A program made the position numbers and the translations under genes. Shown piece by piece: positions 44,449 through 54,346 of a DNA stretch of 59,462 nt (position 1 is the stretch's first letter; the number at the start of each line of letters is the position of its first letter). Below the pieces are notes generated by a model, which saw nothing but the letters and a program-made list of their open reading frames with translations, searched no databases and was not told the origin of the DNA. The stretch spans positions 1 to 59,462 of IMG/VR virus record IMGVR_UViG_3300042197_001662; one strand, given 5' to 3'. This stretch comes from a virus. Taxonomy: Duplodnaviria > Caudoviricetes.

Positions 44449-44628
44449 ATGCCTCGGTATAAAGACCGGATCATGACAAAGGAAGGTACCTACGAAAGGG
44501 TCACCGTGGAACTTGATCCACAGACTCCTGAACCTGTAGTTGCCTCCGAAGAAAAGACCGTCAAGCGCACGCGCAAAGTCGAGGCTTCTCCTGCCTCCTT
44601 CGAACCCACCGAAACCCCGGACTTCTAA
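44449..44628 (+). CDS. Small hypothetical protein (below ORF-track cutoff)
   Basis: MPRYKDRIMTKEGTYERVTVEL... Confidence 0.5.
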   Translation: MPRYKDRIMTKEGTYERVTVELDPQTPEPVVASEEKTVKRTRKVEASPASFEPTETPDF

Positions 44629-44631
44629 TTC

Positions 44632-45345
44632 ATGGAAGAGCAAGTCATCCAGGCGCCCGTGGCGTCTGAGACCCAGCCTGTGGCTGGAGCCGACACCGCT
44701 CCATCTCCTGACTTGAGCGCAATCCGTGCCGACTACGAGGCACAACTAAACGCGTTCAAAACCCAGGCCACCGAAGCTGAGGAACGTTTCCAAGGCATCA
44801 AGGCCAAGCTGGATGAGGTCTACAAAAAGCAGGACGAACAGCGCAAAAAAACGCTGGAAGACCAAGGCCAATGGAAAGACCTCTGGGAAGAAGCTAACCG
44901 CACTGCCCAAGAAAAAGACCAGCAAATTACGGACCTCCAAAAACAACTGGAGGACCTGCGCCACTCCAACGAAAGCGCCGCCATTCGCACCAAAGCAATG
45001 GCCGCAATCAGCCAGGCTGGCGCAATCAACGCAGAACAAATGCTCCAACTGGTGCAAAACAATCTGCGTAAAAACGACTCAGGCGCCGTCGTCGTGCTCA
45101 ACGGCGGCGTGGAACAGGACCTCAGCACCTATCTAGCCACCCTGAAAAACCCAGGTTCGGGTTACGAGCATCACTTCAAACCCAGCAGCAGTGCTGGGAT
45201 GGGCGCCAAGCCCACACCCACCGTGGCAACTGGAGGTGTAGCGAACCCCTGGAAAGAAGGTTCTCTCAACCTCACACAACAGATGCTAATTTCTAGTCAG
45301 GACCCCGAACTCGCAGCTGTGCTGAAGAGGGAGGCTGGACTCTAA
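44632..45345 (+). CDS. Capsid scaffolding protein
   Basis: Long coiled coil, F.P....GMG, NPW; directly upstream of capsid. Confidence 0.8.
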   Translation: MEEQVIQAPVASETQPVAGADTAPSPDLSAIRADYEAQLNAFKTQATEAEERFQGIKAKLDEVYKKQDEQRKKTLEDQGQWKDLWEEANRTAQEKDQQITDLQKQLEDLRHSNESAAIRTKAMAAISQAGAINAEQMLQLVQNNLRKNDSGAVVVLNGGVEQDLSTYLATLKNPGSGYEHHFKPSSSAGMGAKPTPTVATGGVANPWKEGSLNLTQQMLISSQDPELAAVLKREAGL

Positions 45346-45414
45346 ATCGCACCGGTGGTGCACATTCCTAGTCCGTGACTGGGACCCCGCAAACCACAAC
45401 TTTGGTCCATAACA

Positions 45415-46494
45415 ATGGCCGCACCATTTCAGAACTATTCCGGCGGTGTCCTCCTCGCGGATGTCGTCAAGCGCAATAACCTCAGCACCTATGTGTCTGA
45501 GGCCATCAAGGAGCGTTCCCTCTTCCTGAAGAGCGGCGCTATTGTCCGCACCCCTCTGCTGGATGCCCGCGAAGGCGGCACCCGCATCCAAGTGCCCGAG
45601 TTCAACCCTGTGTCTCCCACTGAGGAGATCATGAACGGGACCGCCACCTGGGGCACCAGCAACGCTGGTTATCTGACCCCCCAGAAGATCGGCACTGGCA
45701 CCCAAATCGCCACCATTTGCCATCGTGGTTTCGCATACGCGGTGGACGACATTGCGATGCTCGCGGCCGGTGAAGATCCCATGCTTCACATCCGCAACCA
45801 GCTGGCCGACGCCATCAACAAACTGAACAGCAAGCGTCTGTTCAGCCAACTGTGGGGTCTGTTTGCCGGTCCTCTGGCCGGTAACTCTTCGGATATTGCT
45901 GTTGCCGCCGCCTCTGGCGCTGGTGAAGCCAACTATCTGAGCGCCTCCTCCATCGCCCGCGCTCGTGCCTATCTGGGTGAGCGTGGCGAAGAGCTGGACA
46001 CCCTGATCGTTCACCCTTCTGTCGCCTACTACCTGTATCAGGTGGGGATGCTGACCTTCAGCACCTCTGCCCTTGCAGCTTCTGGCGCCGTGACCTGGGG
46101 TGGCGGTGGCGTGGGCATCGGTGCCCGTGCTGTAGGCGAGTTCGCCGGTTGCCGCGTGATCGTGGACGAGCTGGTGAACACCGTCGAGCCCGGCACTGCC
46201 GGCCACGTGCAAGAGTTTGCCTGCTATCTCGTCAAGAGCGGCAGCATCCTTGAAGGTGTGCAACAGGACCTCCGCATCGAGGCCGACCGCAACATCCTGT
46301 CCAAACAGGACGTGCTTTCGGTCGATTACCACGGCACCTATCACGTGATGGGCACCAAGTGGAACGATGCTGGTGACAACCCCACCAACGCCAACCTGTA
46401 CGACGGCACCAAGTGGGCTGCCACTTATGACATTGACCTGATCCCGATGGTGCAGATCATCTGCAACAGCCCTCTGGATCTGTCCCTGATGTGA
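45415..46494 (+). CDS. Major capsid protein
   Basis: 359 aa; SG, GG..I.VP.F, G.DP...I..Q, G.F.G.RVIVD; strong codon bias; followed by terminator. Confidence 0.85.
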   Translation: MAAPFQNYSGGVLLADVVKRNNLSTYVSEAIKERSLFLKSGAIVRTPLLDAREGGTRIQVPEFNPVSPTEEIMNGTATWGTSNAGYLTPQKIGTGTQIATICHRGFAYAVDDIAMLAAGEDPMLHIRNQLADAINKLNSKRLFSQLWGLFAGPLAGNSSDIAVAAASGAGEANYLSASSIARARAYLGERGEELDTLIVHPSVAYYLYQVGMLTFSTSALAASGAVTWGGGGVGIGARAVGEFAGCRVIVDELVNTVEPGTAGHVQEFACYLVKSGSILEGVQQDLRIEADRNILSKQDVLSVDYHGTYHVMGTKWNDAGDNPTNANLYDGTKWAATYDIDLIPMVQIICNSPLDLSLM

Positions 46495-46518
46495 TCCATA
46501 CCTGGATCTCAGCCCTCG

Positions 46519-46542
46519 GCCCCACTTCGGTGGGGCTTTTTT
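46519..46542 (+). terminator. Rho-independent terminator
   Basis: GCCCCAC-TTCG-GTGGGGC-TTTTTT (cUUCGg loop). Confidence 0.9.
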
Positions 46543-46582
46543 ATTGCAGCTACACTGAAACAAAGAATGTGCAAATAGGTCT

Positions 46583-47113
46583 GTGGCCGCCACCATCGAC
46601 GCCACTTTGAGTGGAGCATCCTCCAACAGCTACGTGACGCTGGCGGCTGCCAACAGCTATTTCGAGACCGTCCCCAGCTCCAGCACCTGGACCGACAAAA
46701 CCGACGATCAAAAGAACCGCGCCCTGATCTCCGCCACCCGCTGGATCGACAGCCTCAACTTCTACGGCGACCGCTGCGACGAAGGCCAAGCCCTCAAGTG
46801 GCCCCGCAACAACTACGACATTGATGGCGTGGAGCTGGAGTGCTCCCTGATTCCCAACGACATCAAATACGCCACTTACGAACTGGCACGCGCCCTGGCC
46901 AACGACACCAGCGCCATCACCAGCAGCACTGGCACTGACGGCCTCTACGACGAAGTACAACTCGGCGACCTCCGCGTGAAGTACAACACCAAGACCCAAG
47001 CCACGGGCATGGTGAACAACATCTTCGACGTCTACCCCTGGCTCCAGTCTTACCTTGGCGCCTACACCTTGGGCGGCGCTGGCACTTACCAATTCCGCGT
47101 TTTCCGAGGTTGA
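46583..47113 (+). CDS. Head-tail adaptor
   Basis: NSYVTLA.A..YF, ALI.AT..ID, G......QAL.WPR, IP..IK.A..ELA. Confidence 0.8.
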   Translation: MAATIDATLSGASSNSYVTLAAANSYFETVPSSSTWTDKTDDQKNRALISATRWIDSLNFYGDRCDEGQALKWPRNNYDIDGVELECSLIPNDIKYATYELARALANDTSAITSSTGTDGLYDEVQLGDLRVKYNTKTQATGMVNNIFDVYPWLQSYLGAYTLGGAGTYQFRVFRG

Positions 47114-47114
47114 T

Positions 47115-47501
47115 ATGGCTGGCACGCTCGACACACTATTTACCAAGGTTGCCAAAGATCTTGTCGCCGACCTTGGCACAGCCCTCGACACAAGTATCAC
47201 TTATAGCCGCAAAGCAACCCCTAGTTACAACGTCGACACTGGAGCCCTAACTACAACAGATACCACCTATTCCAACATCAAAGTTCCGGTTGAATTTGTC
47301 GTTTCCGAAGAAGAGGAAGGCCGCGAACAACGCCAAGCCAAGATTTACATTACACCCGACAAAATCGGCAGCAATCAACCTACTCTTCAAGACCAGATCA
47401 CGTTGACTTACGCTGGTTCCTCCCGCACCGCCCAAATCACCGACATCCGCACCTACCGCGGCGGCCAAGAGTACCTCTACATCCTGCTGGTGCGCTTCTG
47501 A
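47115..47501 (+). CDS. Head closure/neck protein
   Basis: ATG 47115; Y...TG motif; synteny. Confidence 0.6.
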   Translation: MAGTLDTLFTKVAKDLVADLGTALDTSITYSRKATPSYNVDTGALTTTDTTYSNIKVPVEFVVSEEEEGREQRQAKIYITPDKIGSNQPTLQDQITLTYAGSSRTAQITDIRTYRGGQEYLYILLVRF

Positions 47502-48007
47502 TGGCACGCAAACGCGGTATTAACAATATCGTCCCTGATCTCCAGCAACAGTTGAATAGCGACTTCAACGCTTTTATCCAACTCGCGGTTGAAGGTCTTA
47601 GCAGTAAAGAAAACAGTCCTGTCTATACAGGTTTCTTTGCGTCTAGCTGGAGAGCCAGTACGCAACGCACCAAACCCACCGACCGTGTACAAGATTTTGC
47701 CCCCTGGGGCGATCTTAAAAAACGCCGTGACAAAGGCGATACAACGGCTTTTCGGATTGAGCCTCGGTTCAAAGTACCCGCGTTCAAGTTCAGCGACAAA
47801 GTATTTATCGGCAACGCCACAAAGTACGCGGCTTACGCCCTGGAAAACCCAAAAGTTGCTGTGTTTATCCAAGGCGAACTGCGTTCACTCCTCCAGAGCA
47901 GTTTCCAAGAGCGCCGTGGCCCGCAAGTATTCGTCGGCGCTACGAAAGGAACAGGCATGATGGGTTTCTTGCGTGGTCGGGACTATGTTTCTTACGAGAG
48001 GATTTAA
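47501..48007 (+). CDS. Neck/tail-completion protein (HK97 gp10-like)
   Basis: SPVYTGFFASSW, IGN...YA..ALE. Confidence 0.65.
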   Translation: MARKRGINNIVPDLQQQLNSDFNAFIQLAVEGLSSKENSPVYTGFFASSWRASTQRTKPTDRVQDFAPWGDLKKRRDKGDTTAFRIEPRFKVPAFKFSDKVFIGNATKYAAYALENPKVAVFIQGELRSLLQSSFQERRGPQVFVGATKGTGMMGFLRGRDYVSYERI

Positions 48008-48010
48008 GCC

Positions 48011-48439
48011 GTGGCACTTGTAGACGTTCGCGCCGCATTTGAAAAAGCCGTCCGAGACGCCGTTGCCGCCGTCGACAACACGGTGACGATGATTTACGAC
48101 AACACGCCGTTTACCACGCCCGGCAAATCCACGAAATACGTCGCAATCTCAGTCAACTTCAACCGCTCCACCCTCCAAAACATGGGCGCCGCGGCCGACT
48201 TTTACTCCGGCGTCATCACCTGCAACGTCTACGTTCCTAAAAACGCTGGAACCTCCGTACTCGCCAGCATCAGCGAAGCCGTAATCGACGGCCTTACCTC
48301 GGTCAATGCCTCGGGCTACACCGACACCTATACCTGCGATCCTCGCGTCCTCGACATCGTGGGCCCCACACCCTTGGACATTGAAGACCGTTCGCATTTT
48401 GTGGGCCTGATCTCTTGCCAATTCACGGCAAACCCCTAG
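48011..48439 (+). CDS. Tail terminator protein
   Basis: YDN.PF, G.I...VYVPKN.G; synteny. Confidence 0.65.
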   Translation: MALVDVRAAFEKAVRDAVAAVDNTVTMIYDNTPFTTPGKSTKYVAISVNFNRSTLQNMGAAADFYSGVITCNVYVPKNAGTSVLASISEAVIDGLTSVNASGYTDTYTCDPRVLDIVGPTPLDIEDRSHFVGLISCQFTANP

Positions 48440-48468
48440 TGTATTATTGAACAACTAGCTCTTACCCC

Positions 48469-48819
48469 ATGCGAGCCGTCGAACTGCTCCGCAACAAGTT
48501 CGGTGTCAGCCAGCTGTACAAGCACGAAGTCAAGATCGAAGGCGAAACCGTACTGGAGATTTACTGGCACCCACTGACCATCGCCGAACGTGAGTCGATC
48601 CAGAAAAAATCCAACGCCGACGACGCCGGCGACTTTGCCCTGAGCCTGATGCTGGAGAAAGCCCTCGACAAAGACGGCAAGCGCCTGTTCCAAGACGGTG
48701 ACCGCGCCACTCTTCGCCGCGAAGTCGAGGCCAGCATCCTCCAGGACATCCAGCTCGCCATGCTGACCTCTGGCACCGAAACCAAGGTGGAGGAAGCGAA
48801 AGCCGCCCTCAAAAGCTGA
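48469..48819 (+). CDS. Tail assembly chaperone (lambda G-like)
   Basis: PLTIAER, KALD.DG.RLF; upstream of tape measure. Confidence 0.8.
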   Translation: MRAVELLRNKFGVSQLYKHEVKIEGETVLEIYWHPLTIAERESIQKKSNADDAGDFALSLMLEKALDKDGKRLFQDGDRATLRREVEASILQDIQLAMLTSGTETKVEEAKAALKS

Positions 48820-49009
48820 TTCCAGCTGGTACTTCATTTACTTTTTGGCCACAGAACTGGGAATGACGGTTTCCCAGCTCACGAACCAGCTGACCCAAGA
48901 AGAACTAACAACCTGGGCGGCCTACTTCGAAATCCGTAACGAAGAGGAGGAAAAAGCGATGGAACGGGCCAAGCGCCAAGGTCAGACTGGAACGATGCGT
49001 TCCAAGTAA
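48815..49009 (+). CDS. Frameshift extension of tail chaperone (lambda T-like)
   Basis: +1 frame: ADSSWYFIYFLATELGMTVSQL...LTQEEL..WAAYFE...*. Confidence 0.7.
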   Translation, partial: ADSSWYFIYFLATELGMTVSQLTNQLTQEELTTWAAYFEIRNEEEEKAMERAKRQGQTGTMRSK

Positions 49010-49038
49010 ACTACTAACAGACTCTTCTACGCCCTGCC

Positions 49039-51741
49039 GTGGCCAATTACAGCGTAGACATTGAAGTAGGGCTAAAAGGCACAGAAAAACTGCGCGATCT
49101 CCGCAGCAACATTGATGCACTAGCCAACAAAATCAACACAATAAATAGTTATGCAGATGTATTTAAAGCGCCGCTGCAAAATGTTAAAAACTATAGTAAA
49201 GCATTACAAGAAGCAGCTGAGGCACTAAATAAAGCCGAACTAGGCACAAAAGATGAGACAGATGCAGTAAAACTATATGTACAAGCACTGGGTCAAGCGG
49301 AAGGCGTCCAAAAACGTCGTATCAATTTAATTGAGCAAGAAATTGAAGCGCAGAGACGTCTTGAAGTTCAGCAAACTAAGTCATCCCGTACCATTGAATT
49401 AGGTCCCGGTGGCCCCGGCTTTAGTGGAGGTTTTAGCGCAGCCGATCGTGCCCGTGCCAACCAAGCCGCACGTGAAAAAGAAAACGCGGGCCGCCGTCAA
49501 ACACTCGAACTTTTAAACAGAGAAGTTTCATTTGAAATTCGACTGCAAAATATACGTGAGCGTAACGCTGCACTAGCTGCAAAACAAGCACGCCAAGGTG
49601 GTGCTTTATCTAATGCCGTAATCGGCGGTGCCTTCCCGCTGCTCTTTGGCCAAGGCCCTGGTGCGGCTCTTGGCGGTGCCTTAGGCGGTGGAATCGGCGG
49701 TCGCATGGGTGGACAAGCCGGATTTGGCGGTTCACTCGTCGGCACTTTTGTCGGTCAAGCGACTATCGACTTTGCTATTAACAGCGTCGTTCAACTCGGC
49801 AACGCACTTAAAAAACCAACCGAAAATATCCAAGAGCTAACAAAATTTTTGAGCATCGCTGGTACTCAAGTAAATACAACTATTGATGTCTTACGCGGCT
49901 TAGGTCTTGAATCAGTTGCAGCTTCAGTTGCACTCCAGGAACTTGAAAAACGCCTCGGCGATCAAGGTTTTAAAGACGTAAAAACTATATCTAAAGATCT
50001 ACAAGACTTTGATAATACTCTTCGTGATCTACGCCTAGCCGCCGCATTACTCGGAACAAAATTTAAACCGTTGCTTGATTTTATTACTGCAGTAGTTAGT
50101 GCGGCTGCTAAAGCAGGTCTTCCACGCGGTGGAACACTCGCCACAGTTTCCAATGTGGCTGTGGCAACCGGAGCAGGTACTGGACGTCCTGCACAAGGTG
50201 CCGGTGCACGAACTACAACTGCTGACGTAACTATCGAGAGCGTCATAGCGCGTCGCGTCGCTCTTGCCGCCAATGAAGTTTCGCTGGAACGCGAGCGTCT
50301 GTCTCTTGGACGTGTAGCCCTCGCATCCCGCCAAGGTGAACTCCAGATTCAACGTCTATCGGTGGATCTCGAAGAAAAAAGACTGAATCTACTAAAAGAA
50401 CAAGACCCGGCTAAGCGCAAACTGCTGGGACTAGAAGTTCAAATAACCGAGCAACAAAAACAGCAAGCTGAAGCTGCGCGACAGAACGCGATAATTGAGG
50501 CGCAACGTCAAGTACAGCGTGATCTTGTTGGACTTGAGATCCAAAAAGAAGGTGTAAGCGCACAGATAAATACTTTAATTGCTGAACGAATCACTCTTCA
50601 ACGCGGAGAATCAGCGGGTATTTCAGCACGAATGGATATGCTGAACGACGAATTACAGTCTCGCGCTCGCGTTCTGCAGTACCAAAGGGATATTTCTTTG
50701 ATAGGCGTAAAAGAAGCTTCCGTACGAACTGAAATAAATGAACTATATAAAGGTCAAATGTCTCAGTTACTTATTGAAGTAAACAACAGAAAAGAAGCAC
50801 TTAAACAGCAACAAGCTCAATATAATTTGAGCCAATTACAGATTGATCAACAACGCCAATTAGCAAATATCCAATCTAAAACACAATACGGCTTGCAAAT
50901 TGCAACGCTTAAAGCTGAAAGTGACCCGCGTTTCCGTGGTTTATTCGGCGGCAGCCGCCGCACTCAAGAAATAATGCAACTGGAACAGCAAGCTGCGCTG
51001 TCAACAATGACGACTCAGCTAACTGCATTGGAAGCACAGGCTGCTGTCCCAGGGATAGCTCCAGACACAAAACGCGGTCTGCAACAACAAACGGATGCGT
51101 TAAAGGATCAGATAGCTATTTACAGAGAATATCAGCCGGCAGTTATTCAAGCCACGGTTGCCCAACAGAAATTTAACGAGACGATGGCTCTAACCAACCC
51201 CATCGTCGATGGTGTATTTGAAAGTTTCATGTCAGTGGCATCCGCAACTAAATCGGCCGAACAGGCATTTGCAGACTTCTTGATGTCTGTTTCACAGATG
51301 CTATTTGACACTGTAAAGCAGATGATTGCCCAGTACATCGCACTGGGTATTGCCCGTTCGTTCGCCGGTATTCCGCCCGCCGGTGGCGGCAACGTGGCCG
51401 GGCTATTCGGAGCTGGTGCTCCAAGTGCTGTTGCTGGCGGCGGCATTTTTTCCGGCGCGGGGCCTTTTCAGTTCCGCGCAAACGGGGGTCCTGTATCCGC
51501 AGGACGCCCTTACCTCGTCGGCGAACGCGGTCCCGAACTGTTCATGCCGCGTTCCAGCGGCAGCATCTACCCCAACGATGCTATGGGCATGGGTGGTTCA
51601 AACATCGTGGTGAACGTCGACGCCGGTGGCTCTAGTGTGGGAGGCGATCCCGGCCAAGCCAACATGCTCGGCAAAGCCATCGGCATTGCAGTCCAACAAG
51701 AACTCATTAAGCAAAAACGACCCGGAGGCTTGCTCGCCTAA
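49039..51741 (+). CDS. Tape measure protein
   Basis: 900 aa helical, Gly-rich hydrophobic segment, C-terminal RA.GGPV..G.PYLVGERGPELF.P. Confidence 0.9.
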   Translation: MANYSVDIEVGLKGTEKLRDLRSNIDALANKINTINSYADVFKAPLQNVKNYSKALQEAAEALNKAELGTKDETDAVKLYVQALGQAEGVQKRRINLIEQEIEAQRRLEVQQTKSSRTIELGPGGPGFSGGFSAADRARANQAAREKENAGRRQTLELLNREVSFEIRLQNIRERNAALAAKQARQGGALSNAVIGGAFPLLFGQGPGAALGGALGGGIGGRMGGQAGFGGSLVGTFVGQATIDFAINSVVQLGNALKKPTENIQELTKFLSIAGTQVNTTIDVLRGLGLESVAASVALQELEKRLGDQGFKDVKTISKDLQDFDNTLRDLRLAAALLGTKFKPLLDFITAVVSAAAKAGLPRGGTLATVSNVAVATGAGTGRPAQGAGARTTTADVTIESVIARRVALAANEVSLERERLSLGRVALASRQGELQIQRLSVDLEEKRLNLLKEQDPAKRKLLGLEVQITEQQKQQAEAARQNAIIEAQRQVQRDLVGLEIQKEGVSAQINTLIAERITLQRGESAGISARMDMLNDELQSRARVLQYQRDISLIGVKEASVRTEINELYKGQMSQLLIEVNNRKEALKQQQAQYNLSQLQIDQQRQLANIQSKTQYGLQIATLKAESDPRFRGLFGGSRRTQEIMQLEQQAALSTMTTQLTALEAQAAVPGIAPDTKRGLQQQTDALKDQIAIYREYQPAVIQATVAQQKFNETMALTNPIVDGVFESFMSVASATKSAEQAFADFLMSVSQMLFDTVKQMIAQYIALGIARSFAGIPPAGGGNVAGLFGAGAPSAVAGGGIFSGAGPFQFRANGGPVSAGRPYLVGERGPELFMPRSSGSIYPNDAMGMGGSNIVVNVDAGGSSVGGDPGQANMLGKAIGIAVQQELIKQKRPGGLLA

Positions 51742-52082
51742 TGGCTACCTTCCCTGCGATAACTCCAACTTATGGCGCCCAAAAAGCCAGCCGCCCCGTG
51801 GTCCGCACGGTCCAGTTCGGCGACGGTTACCAACAACGCCTGACCTACGGCCTCAACCAAAACCCCAAGAGCTGGAGCCTGACCTGGGAAGTCTCCGAAA
51901 CCGACGCCGACACAATCGAAACCTTCCTCAACAACCGCGCTGCTGACAACGCCAGCTTCGACTGGACGCCACTTGATGAAGGCACTTCCTACAAGTGGAT
52001 TTGCCAGGAATGGAGCAAAACTGTTCCATATAAAAATCGCGCCACGATTACAGCAACATTCCAGCAAGTATTTGAACCCTGA
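51741..52082 (+). CDS. Distal tail protein (lambda M-like)
   Basis: VQFGDGYQQR...GLN, IE.FL, SF.WTP, ATF.QVFEP. Confidence 0.9.
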   Translation: MATFPAITPTYGAQKASRPVVRTVQFGDGYQQRLTYGLNQNPKSWSLTWEVSETDADTIETFLNNRAADNASFDWTPLDEGTSYKWICQEWSKTVPYKNRATITATFQQVFEP

Positions 52083-52975
52083 TGGCGTACTCAGCCTGGG
52101 CTTCCACTACCGCCTACGTCGTCGGTGACATTGTTCGCGCCACGACGCTGCAATCGTCTGGTCTTGTTTTCCAATGCACCACGGCTGGCACCAGCGGCAG
52201 CACGCAGCCCGTCTGGGCAACGGATATTGGCAGCACCGTCACTGATGGCACGGTCACGTGGACCGCGATTGCCAGCACCTACGAAGAACTTGCGGCGATT
52301 GCTCCCAGCGCGATCATCGAACTATTTGAGCTGACGCTGGACGCCACACTGCATGGCAGCAGCGATACCTACCGCTGGCACAACGGTTGCAACGCCAACG
52401 TCACCGGCAACGTCACCTGGAACGGCAACGCCTACACCCGCCTTCCGGTCAAGGCAGATGGCTTTGAGTACACCAACACGGGTACGCTGCCGCGCCCCAC
52501 GCTGACCATCGCCAACTTGGATGGCACGATGACGACGCTGTTGTTGCTCGTTAATGCGACCACTGCGGGCAACGATCTCGGCGGCGCCACGGTCAAGCGT
52601 ATCCGCACCCTGAAGAAATACCTAGACGGTGAAGCCAACGCCGACCCGCACGCCAAGTTTCCCGACGAAATCTGGTATGTGGACCGCAAGGCAAGTGAAA
52701 CCCGCGACGCCGTGAGCTTTGAGCTTGCCAGCAAATTCGACCTGGCTGGTGTGATGATCCCGAAGCGCCAGATCATCGCCAACATCTGCCAGTGGAAATA
52801 TCGCAGTAGTGAGTGCGGCTACACCGGCAGCAACTACTGGAACATCAACGATCAGTCGGTTGGCACTTTGGCGGAAGATAAGTGCGGCAAGCGCCTCAGC
52901 TCGTGCAAATTACGGTTCGGCGCCACTGCTGAATTGCCCTTCGGCTCGTTCCCCGGCGCAGGTTTGACCGAATGA
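52082..52975 (+). CDS. Tail tip protein (lambda L-like) with N-terminal extension
   Basis: IELFEL, LPRPTL, RIRTL.KYLD, FELAS..DL, four-Cys C.W.YR..ECGY...DKC.KRLSSC..RF. Confidence 0.9.
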   Translation: MAYSAWASTTAYVVGDIVRATTLQSSGLVFQCTTAGTSGSTQPVWATDIGSTVTDGTVTWTAIASTYEELAAIAPSAIIELFELTLDATLHGSSDTYRWHNGCNANVTGNVTWNGNAYTRLPVKADGFEYTNTGTLPRPTLTIANLDGTMTTLLLLVNATTAGNDLGGATVKRIRTLKKYLDGEANADPHAKFPDEIWYVDRKASETRDAVSFELASKFDLAGVMIPKRQIIANICQWKYRSSECGYTGSNYWNINDQSVGTLAEDKCGKRLSSCKLRFGATAELPFGSFPGAGLTE

Positions 52976-53685
52976 GGCTCACCGACAGCATCAAAGAACA
53001 GGCACTGGAGCACGCCAAGGCGGAATTTCCGGCTGAATCCTGCGGTCTTGTTGCCGTCGTCAAAGGGCGCAAACGGTATTTCCCATGCCGCAACCTTGCG
53101 GAAACGCCGGACGAGCACTTTGTTCTTGACCCGCTCCAGTACGCCGAGGTTGAAGATCAGGGCGAAATCGTGGCGGTGGTGCATAGCCACCCCAAAACCA
53201 ACCACGCGCCGTCCCAAGCTGATCGCGTCGCCTGCGAAAAATCTGGGTTGCCTTGGCACATCGTCAATCCCCAGACCGAGCAATGGGGCTACTGCGAGCC
53301 GGAAGGCTTTGAGCTGCCCTACGTGGGGCGTGAGTTCGTCTTTGGCATCGTCGATTGCTATTCGCTCTGCCGCGACTGGTACAAGCGGGAGTTTGGACTG
53401 GATCTCAAGGACTACGACCGCCGCGATCAGTTCTGGCTCAAGGGCGAGAGCCTCTACATGGACAACTTCGCCAACGAAGGCTTCCACCGCATCCCACTGA
53501 AAGAGCTGCAATACGGCGACGCCATTTTGATGCAACTGGAATCGTCACTACCCAACCATGCAGCGATTTACCTAGGCGATCAGTTGATCCTGCACCACCT
53601 GCAAAGACGCCTCAGTAGCCGGGATCTGTACGGCGGTTATTATTTGAAGAGCACCGCCTGCGCCCTGCGGCATGAAAGTCGTTAA
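52972..53685 (+). CDS. Tail assembly protein K-like: JAB/MPN plus NlpC/P60
   Basis: ESCG, HSHP....PSQAD (JAMM); DCYSL, NHAAIY, ILHH. Confidence 0.92.
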   Translation: MRLTDSIKEQALEHAKAEFPAESCGLVAVVKGRKRYFPCRNLAETPDEHFVLDPLQYAEVEDQGEIVAVVHSHPKTNHAPSQADRVACEKSGLPWHIVNPQTEQWGYCEPEGFELPYVGREFVFGIVDCYSLCRDWYKREFGLDLKDYDRRDQFWLKGESLYMDNFANEGFHRIPLKELQYGDAILMQLESSLPNHAAIYLGDQLILHHLQRRLSSRDLYGGYYLKSTACALRHESR

Positions 53686-54346
53686 GGTCTACGGCGCACT
53701 CCGCAAACGACTGGGGCAGTGTCGCTTCCAATTTGATGTTGACACCCCAGCGCAAGCATTTAAAGCGTTGTGTGTTAATTTTCCCGGTCTAGACAAGTGG
53801 TTAATTGATAGTGAACAAGAAGGGGTTGGTTATCGGCTAACAATCGGCAAGGAAAAAATAAACGAAACCAATGCTGTTTTAATCGGCTGCCCGTGGAGTG
53901 AGCAAGAAGTTTTTAGCATCACACCCGTTATTGCTGGTGCCGGTGGTAATGCTGCCGCAAGTATCGGCATTGGCGTCGGCTTGGTATTTGCCTCGTTCTT
54001 GCTGCCCGGTGCTGGTCTTTTTGGCGCTACAAGCTTGTTTGGAGCTACTGCTACAGCCACTGGTGCGGCTGGCGCTTTAACCACCTTGGGCGTTGCGTTG
54101 AGTGGATTAGGTGCGTCGCTGGTTATTGGAGGTATTGCACAAGCAATTTCACCGTCTCCAATAATGTCTACCGCTGCAAATAACTCGTTTGAACGTGGAC
54201 GTGAAGCTGCCAAGTTTGAGTCGTTTACCTTCAGCGGAATTGTCAATACCGCCAAGCAAGGTTTACCCGTGCCAATCGCCTACGGGCGCTGCTTCGTAGG
54301 TTCCGCTGTGCTCTCCAGCGGTCTTGACGTGGATCAAATCCTATGA
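53672..54346 (+). CDS. Tail assembly protein I-like (ubiquitin-like fold)
   Basis: VKVYGAL...G, PVIAGAGG, hydrophobic Gly-rich middle, QGLPVPIAYG..FVGS..LS. Confidence 0.9.
   Translation: MKVVKVYGALRKRLGQCRFQFDVDTPAQAFKALCVNFPGLDKWLIDSEQEGVGYRLTIGKEKINETNAVLIGCPWSEQEVFSITPVIAGAGGNAAASIGIGVGLVFASFLLPGAGLFGATSLFGATATATGAAGALTTLGVALSGLGASLVIGGIAQAISPSPIMSTAANNSFERGREAAKFESFTFSGIVNTAKQGLPVPIAYGRCFVGSAVLSSGLDVDQIL

Noticed and set aside
45286-46626. 446-aa antisense ORF and many similar shadow ORFs (e.g. 30602..31318, 52852..53535)
   Set aside because: They mirror well-supported genes with biased codon usage and show no motifs
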